Both the position numbers and the translations under genes were made by a program. The notes below the pieces were generated by a model. It saw only the letters and a program-made list of their open reading frames with translations. It was not told where the DNA came from and ran no database searches. A stretch of DNA of 63,625 bases, filler included, from Acidimicrobiia bacterium (GTDB lineage Bacteria > Actinomycetota > Acidimicrobiia > Spongiisociales > JAHEDJ01), in NCBI GenBank assembly GCA_029210695.1. It is 3 parts of 3 records of this genome, joined end to end, with 100 filler letters (N's around TTAATTAATTAA, not from the genome) between each part and the next. Parts side by side here need not be neighbours in the genome. Positions count along the whole stretch, not along the records: positions 1 to 21,616 come from JARGFH010000058.1; 2 more parts are not named here. One strand, given 5' to 3'. Below are positions 9,530-19,000 of the stretch, piece after piece (the stretch's first letter is position 1; the number at the start of each line of letters is the position of its first letter).

Positions 9530-10303
9530 ATGGAGCCGGTCCGCTCGCCGCGCAATCAACGCGTGGCTTCCGCGGTCCGGCTTCGTCGCGCACGGGGTCG
9601 GGCGGACGCACAATCGACCCTCCTCGAGGGACCACACCTTCTCGAGGCGGCCGCTGCGGTCGGCGCGCTGGTCGGCCCTGTGTTCGCGCTGCAGGAAGAT
9701 CATACGACGGCTTCACTGGCCGCCGGTGCCGGATACGAGTTGGTGGTCGTTACACAGCAAGTCCTCGATCGGCTGGCTCCTACCAGGCACCCACGAGGAC
9801 CTGTCGGGGTGGTTCGCATTCCGTCATCAGTTCCGGTTCGGGACCGCAATGTGGTGGTGTTGTGGGGTGTCGGCGACCCGGGCAACGCCGGGACTCTCAT
9901 TAGAACTGCTGCCGCCTTCGGATTCGGGGTGACCTTCGGACCCGGGACGGTTGACCCGTGGAGTCCCAAAGTGCTCCGGGCGGGGGCCGGCGCCCACTTC
10001 TCGATTCCCATCGAATCGGGACTATCTGACCTGGCGGATCTCAGGAGGCGTGGTTTCGACACGATCGCCACGGTGGTTGCCGGCGGCACATCGCCGTCTG
10101 AACTGGGCGGCACGGGGCCCTGGGCCGTCATTGTCGGGGACGAGGCAGGCGGGTTGCCGGACGATCTCGTGGCAGTTTGTGATCAGCGCGCGACCATTCG
10201 GATGAGTGCGGGTCAGGAGAGTCTGAACGCTTCGGTGGCTGGTTCGATCATGATGTACGAACTGGCCGGCCGGTCTGGATTGCACGGACCGCTCCACGAC
10301 TAA
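9530..10303 (+). CDS. SpoU/TrmH-family RNA 2'-O-methyltransferase
   Basis: DPGNAGTLIRTA, GDEAGGL, ESLNASVA. Confidence 0.9.
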   Translation: MEPVRSPRNQRVASAVRLRRARGRADAQSTLLEGPHLLEAAAAVGALVGPVFALQEDHTTASLAAGAGYELVVVTQQVLDRLAPTRHPRGPVGVVRIPSSVPVRDRNVVVLWGVGDPGNAGTLIRTAAAFGFGVTFGPGTVDPWSPKVLRAGAGAHFSIPIESGLSDLADLRRRGFDTIATVVAGGTSPSELGGTGPWAVIVGDEAGGLPDDLVAVCDQRATIRMSAGQESLNASVAGSIMMYELAGRSGLHGPLHD

Positions 10304-10316
10304 CCTGTTCGATCCG

Positions 10317-11351
10317 ATGGACTTGTTACATGAACTCCTCGCCGGGGCTCCTGCGCGGATCGACGCGATCGTCGATCTTGAATCCCTGAGCGCTCTCGAA
10401 TCCGATTTGCTCGGGAAGAGATCACTCATCGCATCGACGCGGCGCGGTCTGGGCCAGCTTCCTCCCGACGAACGTCCGAAGGTTGGAGCCGGGGTCCATA
10501 AAGCTCAACGGCGACTCGAAGACCTGCTGGCAGCCCGAAGAGGCGTGCTCGAACGGATAGCCGAGGACCGCCTGCTGGCGGGGGACCGGGTCGATGTCAC
10601 CCTGGAAGGCTACAAACCGTCCGTCGGCATGCACCATCTCCTCATACAGACGGTTGATGAGGTGGTCGATATCTTCGCCGGACTCGGATATCGGGTGGCG
10701 TCGGGGCCAGAGGTCGAGTTGGCCTGGTACAACTTCGATGCGTTGAATACCCCGCCGACCCATCCCGCCCGTCTCGAGTCCGACACTCTCTACGTGGAGT
10801 ACGGCGACGACCCGGATGAGATGCTGCTGCGCACGCATACCTCACCGATGCAGGCTCGCTATATGGAGCAGCATGAGCCACCCGTCTATGTCGTCGTCCC
10901 CGGGCGTACGTTCCGGGCAGACGCACTCGACGCAACACATTCTCCCGTCTTCTACCAGATCGAAGGGTTGGCCGTCGACGAGCACATCACGTTCGGCGAC
11001 CTCAAGGGAACGTTGGCGCACTTCGCTCGCGAGTTCTTCGGTCCCGACCGAACCATCCGGTTGCTCCCCAACTTCTTCCCGTTCACAGAGCCGTCGGCCG
11101 AGATGCACGTCTCCTGCTTCGCCTGCGATGGTTCCGGTTGTCGTGTGTGCAGCGGTTCCGGTTGGATCGAGCTGATGGGCTGCGGAATGGTCGACCCGAA
11201 CGTTCTTGAAGCCGTCGGATACGACCGGCAGCACGTCTCGGGTTTCGCGTTCGGCATGGGTGCCGAACGGATCGCCATGGTGCGCCACGGCATCAACCAC
11301 ATAAAGCACTTCTATGAGAACGATGTTCGTGTGTTGAGGCAGTTCACATGA
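10317..11351 (+). CDS. pheS: Phenylalanine-tRNA ligase alpha subunit
   Basis: LLRTHTSP, HSPVFYQIEG, FPFTEPS, GFAFGMG. Confidence 0.98.
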   Translation: MDLLHELLAGAPARIDAIVDLESLSALESDLLGKRSLIASTRRGLGQLPPDERPKVGAGVHKAQRRLEDLLAARRGVLERIAEDRLLAGDRVDVTLEGYKPSVGMHHLLIQTVDEVVDIFAGLGYRVASGPEVELAWYNFDALNTPPTHPARLESDTLYVEYGDDPDEMLLRTHTSPMQARYMEQHEPPVYVVVPGRTFRADALDATHSPVFYQIEGLAVDEHITFGDLKGTLAHFAREFFGPDRTIRLLPNFFPFTEPSAEMHVSCFACDGSGCRVCSGSGWIELMGCGMVDPNVLEAVGYDRQHVSGFAFGMGAERIAMVRHGINHIKHFYENDVRVLRQFT

Positions 11352-13741
11352 AGGTTTCTCTGCGCTGGTTGGAGGAATACGTCGATATCCCCATCGATGA
11401 CCCGCTCGAGATCGAATCGGTGTTTGCATCACTCGGACACGAGGTGGAAGGTTACGAGGTCCTGCAGGCGCCGTTCACCAAGGTCATCGTCGGAAAGGTG
11501 CTCGAGATCGACAAGCATCCGAACGCCGATCGCCTTCGGTTCTGTCGCGTCGATCTCGGAAGGGGCGATCCACAAGACATAGTGTGTGGTGCGTGGAACT
11601 TCGAGGTCGGCGATGTGGTGCCGGTCTCGGTTCCGGGTGCCGTTCTAGCCGGTGGGCTCGAGGTTGGTGTTCGGACCATCCGCGGTGTGACGTCTCATGG
11701 GATGATCTGCTCGGCCGCCGAACTCGGTCTCGGGGACGATCACGACGGCATCATGGTGCTCGACCCCACGGTTCCGATCGGGGCTGATTTCATCGACCTA
11801 GTACCACTCCCGGATGTCGTGTTCGACGTCTCGATCACACCAAATCGACCGGATGCGATGTCGGTCATCGGCCTGGCCCGGGAGTTTGCCGCCTACTACG
11901 GCACCGAGGTGCGCATGCCGGATGCCGTTCCGGCAACGGTCGACCGTCCTTCTGCCGTCCAGGTGATGATCGAGGATACGAAGGGTTGCCCCCGGTACGT
12001 CGGCCGGGAGGTCGACAACGTGAAGATCGGCCCATCGCCGCTCTGGATGCAACTCCGTCTGCGGGCGTCGGACGTCCGGCCCATCAACAACGTAGTCGAT
12101 ATCACCAACTACGTTCTTCTCGAGTTGGGCCAGCCTCTGCATGCGTTTGATCTCGACGAGGTGGCCGACGAGAAGATCGTGGTTCGCAGAGCTCACTCGG
12201 GTGAAACCATCCGGACCCTCGATGGCGTCGAGCGGGACCTAGATGTGCTCGACCTGATGATCTGCGACGGCCGCGGCATCTTGGCGTTTGCAGGAATAAT
12301 GGGCGGGGAGGATTCTGAGGTCACCGATTCCACGACCCGGGTGCTGATCGAGGCAGCTCACTTCCACGCCCCCTCAGTGATGTTCTCTTCGAAGCGCCAC
12401 AGTCTTCGCACCGAGGCTTCCGCTCGCTTCGAACGAGGCGTTGATCCGAATCTGCCCGGGCTGGCGGCCGCCCGGGCCGCTCGCCTCATGGTCGACCTGG
12501 CCGGCGGAGAAGCCCTCGCAGATGTCAAGGACAACTACCCGTCGGTCATTACGCCGTGGCAGATCGACCTCGAGCCGGGGGAAGTCGAACGCATCCTCGG
12601 CATTCCGTTCAGCCCGGCGCTGATTGCCGAACTCTTGACCCGGCTGCACATGGAGGTCGAGGGAGAATCGCCGATCACGGTCACCGTGCCGACCAACCGA
12701 CCCGATCTGACCCGACCGATCGACCTCATCGAGGAGATCGCCCGCTTGTACGGCTACGACCGGTTTCCGGAAACCTTGCCGTCCGGGCCGGCCGGGGGGC
12801 TGTCCGCCGACCAACAGCGGGATCGTCGCCTTCGCGACATCATGGTCGGGCTCGGCGTTCACGAGGCCCAAACGATGTCGTTTCTCGGGCAGACCGAACT
12901 CGACGGTTTGAACCTTCCCATTGATGATCCCCGTCGAGCGGCAATCCGGGTGCGGAACCCGCTCAGGGAGGAAGAGGCCTATCTTCGGACGACGCTTCTG
13001 CCGAATCTCCTCAAAGCCGTGCAGTACAACGTCTCACACGGTCTGCCCGACGTGGCGCTCTTCGAGGTCGGACGGGTCTTTCTCGCCGAACCGGATCCCG
13101 ACGATGCGAGGATTCCACACCAGCCGGTACGCCTCGGATTCGTCGCAGTGGGACGAACCGGCCCGTTTGGACTGCACTCCTCGCCGCGCCGGACGGATGT
13201 CTACACGGCCACCGGGTTGGCACGGGCGTTGCTGACCGGTCTCGGGATTCCGTGTGACCTTCGGCAGTCGACACCGGCAGGATTCCACCCCGGCCGGGCC
13301 GCAGAAGTGCTGGTGGGTGGTGAGCGGGTCGGAGTCGTCGGGGAGCTGCATCCGGCCGTGGGGCGGGCATTCGGACTCGAAGGGCGGGTGGCAGCCGGTG
13401 AACTGGATCTGGCTCAGCTGAGTGCCGGCAGGTGGCAACTCGATGCACCCAGCACATATCCGCGAGTCGAGTTCGACCTCGCTTTCGTGGTCGATGAGTC
13501 CACCGCCGCCTCGGCGCTCGTGCAGGCGGCAACGGATGCAGCCGGTGATTGGCTGGAGGAGGTCGCAGTCTTCGACGAGTTCAGGGGACCATCATTGGGT
13601 GATGGCAAGAAGAGCATCGCAATACGACTCGTATTCAGGGCTCCCGACCACACTTTGACCAACGAGGAACTTGCTCCTCATCGTGAACAGATAATTGCCG
13701 CGGTGATAGATGCCACCGGTGGCCGGTTGAGAGGTGCGTGA
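11348..13741 (+). CDS. pheT: Phenylalanine-tRNA ligase beta subunit
   Basis: HPNADRL, ITPNRPD, INNVVDITNY, ASARFERGVD, C-terminal FDX-ACB-like region. Confidence 0.97.
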   Translation: MKVSLRWLEEYVDIPIDDPLEIESVFASLGHEVEGYEVLQAPFTKVIVGKVLEIDKHPNADRLRFCRVDLGRGDPQDIVCGAWNFEVGDVVPVSVPGAVLAGGLEVGVRTIRGVTSHGMICSAAELGLGDDHDGIMVLDPTVPIGADFIDLVPLPDVVFDVSITPNRPDAMSVIGLAREFAAYYGTEVRMPDAVPATVDRPSAVQVMIEDTKGCPRYVGREVDNVKIGPSPLWMQLRLRASDVRPINNVVDITNYVLLELGQPLHAFDLDEVADEKIVVRRAHSGETIRTLDGVERDLDVLDLMICDGRGILAFAGIMGGEDSEVTDSTTRVLIEAAHFHAPSVMFSSKRHSLRTEASARFERGVDPNLPGLAAARAARLMVDLAGGEALADVKDNYPSVITPWQIDLEPGEVERILGIPFSPALIAELLTRLHMEVEGESPITVTVPTNRPDLTRPIDLIEEIARLYGYDRFPETLPSGPAGGLSADQQRDRRLRDIMVGLGVHEAQTMSFLGQTELDGLNLPIDDPRRAAIRVRNPLREEEAYLRTTLLPNLLKAVQYNVSHGLPDVALFEVGRVFLAEPDPDDARIPHQPVRLGFVAVGRTGPFGLHSSPRRTDVYTATGLARALLTGLGIPCDLRQSTPAGFHPGRAAEVLVGGERVGVVGELHPAVGRAFGLEGRVAAGELDLAQLSAGRWQLDAPSTYPRVEFDLAFVVDESTAASALVQAATDAAGDWLEEVAVFDEFRGPSLGDGKKSIAIRLVFRAPDHTLTNEELAPHREQIIAAVIDATGGRLRGA

Positions 13742-14633
13742 CATGGACTACTTGCGAGTTGCCGATCTTGGTCTTGATGGATTGCGGAATGCCCTCGACC
13801 TCTCAACCAGGGCCAAGGAGCACCCGTCGGAATTCGCCGGAGCACTCGCCGGGCGCGAAGTCGGTTTGTTCTATATGAAGCCTTCGACGAGGACCCGCGT
13901 TTCGACTGAGGTGGCGGTTTCGCAACTCGGGGGCCGGCCGATGACGCTCCGCAACGAAGAAGTAGGTCTCGGCAAGCGAGAAGCTCCGGCCGACGTCGCT
14001 CGCACCCTCGACCGGTACCTGGATGTCCTGGCCTTGCGGGTTTTCGAACACGAGCACCTCGACATCATCGCCGCCAACGCTGAATCTCCGGTCATCAACC
14101 TTCTTTCAGACCTCGAGCACCCCTGCCAGGCGCTGGCCGATGTGCAAACCATGGCTGAGGCGCGCCCCCTGCCCGGGTCCGTACTCACCTTCATCGGTGA
14201 CGGCAACAACGTTTGCCACTCCTTGATGGTCGCCGCCGCCATGCTCGAGGTTGAAGTCCGTGTGGCCGCTCCCGAAGGGTATGCGCCGCTTTCCGAATAT
14301 GTCGATCTTGCCTCTCAATACAGCCCGGTGACCATCACTTCGGACGTCGCGGCAGCCGTGGACGGGGCTGATTTCGTTTACACAGACGTGTGGGCCTCGA
14401 TGGGCCAGGAAGAAGAGGCGGCGGAGCGGCGGCGTCTGTTCGAGGGCTACCAGGTCAACGAGGAACTCTTCAATCGAGCCGGAGACGAGGCCATCTTCCT
14501 CCATTGCCTCCCGGCGCATCGCGGTGAAGAAGTGACAGACGGAGTCGCCGACCATCCCCGGTCACGTATTTTCGATCAGGCCGAGAACCGGATGCACTCG
14601 TTCAAGGGAATCCTGCTTCACCTCACGCAGTGA
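13734..14633 (+). CDS. argF: Ornithine carbamoyltransferase
   Basis: STRTR, HPCQALAD, GDGNNV, YTDVWASMGQE, HCLPA. Confidence 0.95.
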   Translation: MRDMDYLRVADLGLDGLRNALDLSTRAKEHPSEFAGALAGREVGLFYMKPSTRTRVSTEVAVSQLGGRPMTLRNEEVGLGKREAPADVARTLDRYLDVLALRVFEHEHLDIIAANAESPVINLLSDLEHPCQALADVQTMAEARPLPGSVLTFIGDGNNVCHSLMVAAAMLEVEVRVAAPEGYAPLSEYVDLASQYSPVTITSDVAAAVDGADFVYTDVWASMGQEEEAAERRRLFEGYQVNEELFNRAGDEAIFLHCLPAHRGEEVTDGVADHPRSRIFDQAENRMHSFKGILLHLTQ

Positions 14634-15190
14634 CCCGAGAACTCGTGGAGTTGCTCCACAACCCGGTCACCGAAGCGGCGATCGGCCTACTCGGTTGGCG
14701 CCTCAGGAGCGGAGAAGGCGGTGCGGCGACCGAGGTGATCCTGACTGAGGTGGAGGCGTATGGCGGGGCTTCGGATCCGGCGAGCCATGCCTATCGCGGG
14801 CCAACGAAGCGCAACGTCTCCATGTTTCTGGGGGCGGGTGCGTTGTACGTCTACCGCTCCTATGGCATTCACTGGTGCGCGAACGCCGTAGTCGGACCGG
14901 CCGGCGAAGGTGGGGCCGTGTTGCTCCGAGCCGGACGACCAACGATGAATCGCCCGGCCATGGAGGCCAGACGGGGACGGACCGACCATCTGACCGACGG
15001 CCCCGGCAAGCTCTGTGAAGCCATGGGCATCGATGGCAGTCACGACGGCACGTCGTTGGTCGATGGACCCATTCGCCTCCTGCCCCCAGTCGGCCGAACC
15101 GCAGTGAAGGTGCAGGCGAGCCCGCGCATCGGCATCAGCCAAGCAGTCGACCTCTGCTGGCGGTTCACCATCGCGGGATCGGATACCTAA
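14630..15190 (+). CDS. DNA-3-methyladenine glycosylase (MPG/AAG family)
   Basis: EVEAY, YVYRSYGIHWCAN, GPGKLC, RIGIS. Confidence 0.93.
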   Translation: MTRELVELLHNPVTEAAIGLLGWRLRSGEGGAATEVILTEVEAYGGASDPASHAYRGPTKRNVSMFLGAGALYVYRSYGIHWCANAVVGPAGEGGAVLLRAGRPTMNRPAMEARRGRTDHLTDGPGKLCEAMGIDGSHDGTSLVDGPIRLLPPVGRTAVKVQASPRIGISQAVDLCWRFTIAGSDT

Positions 15191-15246
15191 GTTGCTGGTT
15201 GCTGGTTGCTGGTTGCTGGTTGCTGGTTGCTGATTGCTGATTGCTG
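15191..15246. repeat. Heptamer tandem repeat (GTTGCTG)6(ATTGCTG)2 between convergent genes
   Basis: Read directly; fills most of the gap between the mpg and PBP stops. Confidence 0.97.
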
Positions 15247-15255
15247 GTACCGGTC

Positions 15256-17640
15256 TTAGGGATTGACCCAGAGCACGATCGTTCCGTCGTTCGGAGCCCC
15301 ACCGGCCGGGTCCTGCTTCCAGACAACGCCAGTCCGGCGGCGGGCATCGTCCGGGTCCGACTCGGCTTCGAACCGGAGATCGAACTTCGCCCCGATCTCT
15401 TCGAGCCTCGCCAGCGCCTGCTGGAACGGGTAGCCGACCACGGTAGGGAACTCGGTTCCGGGCTCTGGGCCAGACACCAGAATGTTTATCGTGCTACCCG
15501 ATTGGGCCGGCTCGCCGGGTGACGGCACCTGATTGAACACAGTGCCGTCTGGAAGTCGTCCGGCCTCCGCGTATTCCACCGAGACCCGGTAGCCGGCCTC
15601 CTCGGCGAGATGGACCGCGCCTGCAATGCCCTGGCCGATTAGCTGTGGCACCTCACCCGACCCGATAGCCACGAACCCCTGCGGGTTGTGGATGTGACAG
15701 ACGACCGAGGGAACCTCATTGGCAGGGAGAAAGACCCGCTGCACGTTCTCACGCGGACACAGGGGTCCGGCCAGCAAGCCCGTCGAGACATCGATGTCGA
15801 TGGCGATGAGGTCGCCGAGGTCGGCGGTGGCCAACCGGCCGAATCCGGTGCCGACCAGGGCGGAGGCGGTGAATTGTCCCCATATCTGGGCCGGCCAACT
15901 GCCCCCGGTAACTGTGATCGAGGTGGTGGGAGGGGCCATAGAAATCTGCGCCTCTGGGAATCCGACCCACACGGCCGTTGCCAGTTCAGGCGTGTATCCG
16001 ACGAACCAGGCGTCCCGGTGCTCCTGCGAAGTGCCGGTCTTGCCGGCCACCGGACGACCGATGCCGGCCCGGGCGCCCGTCCCGCGCGCAACAACTTCGC
16101 TCAGCGCGGCCGTCACTTGCTGTGCAATGCCCCGGTCGATTGCCTCGGTGACAACCGGAACGGCGTCGTAGATGTTGACCCCGTCGGCCGTTTCGATGGA
16201 AGTGACGAAGATCGGCGATATGTGGATGCCTTCGGCGGCGAATGTGGCGTATGCCGATGCCATGTCGATCACCGTCGCCTCCTGAGCTCCGAGCGCCACG
16301 GCATGGAACGGCTGGAGCTCAGAAGTGATGCCGGCTGCTCTGGCGACGTCCACCACCGCCGCCGGCCCAACTGCATCTACCACTTGCGCATACACAACGT
16401 TCACCGACCACACCGTGCCGTCGAGCAGGGTGAGATTGCCGAAGTTAGCCCCTCCGTAGTTCTCGACCTGCCATGGTCCTGAACTCGTCGAGATGACGAT
16501 CGATGATCCACCGGAGAAGGTCGATGTGAGAGTCAGTCCGTTTTCGAGCGCGGCGGCAAGCACGAACGGTTTGAAGGCAGAACCGGTTTGCCGCAGACCC
16601 TGGGTGGCGAGATTGAACTGGGCAACCGGATCTGTCGGGTCGTAGAAATCCGCTCCGCCTACTACAGCACGCACGTAACCGGAGCGCGGTTCGATCGAAA
16701 CCAGCGCCGCCGATGGGCCGTCTTCCGGGACACCGGCAATCACCGCTTGCTCGGCTGCATCCTGGGTGAGGGGATCGAGAGTCGTGAAGATACGCAGACC
16801 ACCCCGGAAGAGCGCGTTGTAGCGATCGGTGGGCGTCGCTCCGAGTGCAGGTTCGTCCAGGAGCATCCGCTTGACCTCTTCCGTGAAATACGGATATCGC
16901 ATCTGTTCGGGGGGTCTGGGCGGGGCCAGTCTAAGGTCGGTGGAATCCGCAGTCGTGGCTGCTTCGGCAGAGACCCATCCGAGTTCGACCATCTTGTTGA
17001 GGACGACTCTGCGGCGCTCGAGTGCTGCATCGGGATGTCGATAGGGGTCCGTCCGGGACGGCGACTGGATCAACCCGGCCAGCATTGCCGACTCAGGCAG
17101 CGAGAGCTCGCCCACCTGTTTGCCGAAGTAGTGAGCCGCGGCGGCGCCTACCCCGTAGGCGCCACCGCCGAGGTAGACGGTGTTGGCGTATCGCTCGAGG
17201 ATCTCTTCTTTCGTGAGGTTTTCTTCGAGTCTCAACGCCAGGGTCGCCTCTTCGATCTTTCGATCCGCAGTCACTTCCGGGGTCAGAAGGACGTTTTTCA
17301 GGTACTGCTGAGTGATCGTCGATCCGCCCTGCACGATGGTGCCGGCTTCGATGTTCTGCACAAGGGCTCTGGCGATCGACTTGAGGTCAACGCCGGCGTG
17401 CACCCAGAATCGTTCGTCTTCGATGGCAACAATGGCGTCGATCAGATGTCTGGGAAGATCGTCGTATCCGACGAGCACGCGATCCTCCTCGGCGTGCCAT
17501 TGGGCGAGAATTGAACCATCGGCCGCGTAGACGGTCGTCGTCAGGCCAAGTTCGCCTAACCCGGGATCGTCGAGCGGTTGATAACTGCACGCCGCAGCAA
17601 GCATTGCTGCAGCGACCACCAGCGCCGGTAGTCGTTTCAT
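15256..17640 (-). CDS. Class A penicillin-binding protein (transglycosylase/transpeptidase) with C-terminal PASTA-like domains
   Basis: TG motifs AIEDERF, GGSTITQQ, RKIEE; TP motifs SAFK, SVN, KTGT; PASTA-like VPQLIG..G.V..Q.P repeats. Confidence 0.93.
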   Translation of the reverse strand: MKRLPALVVAAAMLAAACSYQPLDDPGLGELGLTTTVYAADGSILAQWHAEEDRVLVGYDDLPRHLIDAIVAIEDERFWVHAGVDLKSIARALVQNIEAGTIVQGGSTITQQYLKNVLLTPEVTADRKIEEATLALRLEENLTKEEILERYANTVYLGGGAYGVGAAAAHYFGKQVGELSLPESAMLAGLIQSPSRTDPYRHPDAALERRRVVLNKMVELGWVSAEAATTADSTDLRLAPPRPPEQMRYPYFTEEVKRMLLDEPALGATPTDRYNALFRGGLRIFTTLDPLTQDAAEQAVIAGVPEDGPSAALVSIEPRSGYVRAVVGGADFYDPTDPVAQFNLATQGLRQTGSAFKPFVLAAALENGLTLTSTFSGGSSIVISTSSGPWQVENYGGANFGNLTLLDGTVWSVNVVYAQVVDAVGPAAVVDVARAAGITSELQPFHAVALGAQEATVIDMASAYATFAAEGIHISPIFVTSIETADGVNIYDAVPVVTEAIDRGIAQQVTAALSEVVARGTGARAGIGRPVAGKTGTSQEHRDAWFVGYTPELATAVWVGFPEAQISMAPPTTSITVTGGSWPAQIWGQFTASALVGTGFGRLATADLGDLIAIDIDVSTGLLAGPLCPRENVQRVFLPANEVPSVVCHIHNPQGFVAIGSGEVPQLIGQGIAGAVHLAEEAGYRVSVEYAEAGRLPDGTVFNQVPSPGEPAQSGSTINILVSGPEPGTEFPTVVGYPFQQALARLEEIGAKFDLRFEAESDPDDARRRTGVVWKQDPAGGAPNDGTIVLWVNP

Positions 17641-17738
17641 GAGGGCCCTATCTCTTGCTCCGCAGGGTACCGGTCCCCGGACCCCGTTATGTGCATTTGA
17701 TCGTGGCTGTTCGAGCGCCCCGCTAGGCTGCCCGCTCG

Positions 17739-18923
17739 ATGACGGAAAACCTCAACTCACTGTTCAGGGGAGCGGATACCGTGCTTCCCGAGGGCGACCT
17801 CGAAGGCCGCCTGGCAGAGGGCCGGCCCTTGCGGGTCAAGCTGGGGATGGACCCAACAGCTCCTGCCGTGACACTTGGCTGGGCCGTCGTGCTTCGGAAG
17901 CTCAGACAATTCCAGGAAGCAGGGCACACCGCCGTTCTGATCGTCGGGGATTTCACGGCGCAGGTGGGTGATCCCTCCGGCAAGAGCGAGACGAGACGCC
18001 GGCTCAGCGCCGATGAGGTGCGCAGCCACGCTGATTCGGTACTGGCGGGCTTCCGCAAGGTGCTCCTGCCGGACCCTCTCGAGATCCGGTACAACTCCGA
18101 GTGGTTGGCGGGAATGGATATGGCGGATGTGTTGAACATGACCGCACAGGTAACCGTCGCTCAGATGTTGGAACGAAGTGACTTTGCCAATCGGTTTGAC
18201 GCTCATCAACCGATCTCGGTGATGGAGTTCATGTATCCGCTTCTACAGGGCATGGATTCGGTGGCCGTTGAGGCTGATATTGAACTCGGGGGCGCCGATC
18301 AGTTGTGGAACCTGATGATGGGGCGCGTCCTCCAGGAACGTCACGGCCAGCGCCCTCAGATCGCGATGACGATGCCGCTGCTGATCGGGACCGACGGCGA
18401 GCACAAGATGTCTCAGTCCCTAGGCAACTACATCGGAATTGACGATGCCGCGGACGATATGTTCGGCAAGCTGATGAGCATCCCCGACAAGTTGACGGTG
18501 CAGTATTTCGAGCTCGCGACCGGAGTGCCCCTCGCGGAGATTGCCGAAATCCGTGAAGGTCTGGCGTCCGGTGAGCTCCATCCAGGCTTCGTGAAGCGGA
18601 GATTGGCCCGTGAGATTGTGGATCTGTATCACGGTGCCGGGGCGGGGACCACCTCCGAAGCAGCCTTCGATCAGGTGTTCAAACGCCACGAAGCGCCAGA
18701 CGACATCCCTGAGTACTCACTCACCGACGATGACCCGGTCTTCCTACCGGTGCTGCTCAAGGAAGCCGGCTTGGTCGCTACGAGTTCCGATGGCAGGCGG
18801 ATGCTCGGCCAGGGAGCCGTCAAGCTCGATGGCGAGGTATTGATGGATATGGAGTTAGCGCGGGCCGCCTTGTCGGGCTCTGTGCTACAAGTTGGCAAAC
18901 GCCGGTTCGTTCGCCTGATCTGA
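17739..18923 (+). CDS. tyrS: Tyrosine-tRNA ligase
   Basis: KLGMDPTAP, YPLLQGMD, ELGGADQ, KMSQS, C-terminal S4-like domain. Confidence 0.96.
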   Translation: MTENLNSLFRGADTVLPEGDLEGRLAEGRPLRVKLGMDPTAPAVTLGWAVVLRKLRQFQEAGHTAVLIVGDFTAQVGDPSGKSETRRRLSADEVRSHADSVLAGFRKVLLPDPLEIRYNSEWLAGMDMADVLNMTAQVTVAQMLERSDFANRFDAHQPISVMEFMYPLLQGMDSVAVEADIELGGADQLWNLMMGRVLQERHGQRPQIAMTMPLLIGTDGEHKMSQSLGNYIGIDDAADDMFGKLMSIPDKLTVQYFELATGVPLAEIAEIREGLASGELHPGFVKRRLAREIVDLYHGAGAGTTSEAAFDQVFKRHEAPDDIPEYSLTDDDPVFLPVLLKEAGLVATSSDGRRMLGQGAVKLDGEVLMDMELARAALSGSVLQVGKRRFVRLI

Positions 18924-18930
18924 AATATTG

Positions 18931-19000
18931 GTTCTACGTCATGGGTTCTGAGTTCTGGCGCGCAGCCGGCAATAGACCACAACTCAGAACCTACAACTCG
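18931..19000. repeat. Inverted heptamer repeat hairpin between convergent tyrS and hydrolase genes
   Basis: ggttctgagttctgg ... ccacaactcagaacc near-complementary arms built from GTTCTGA-like units. Confidence 0.7.
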
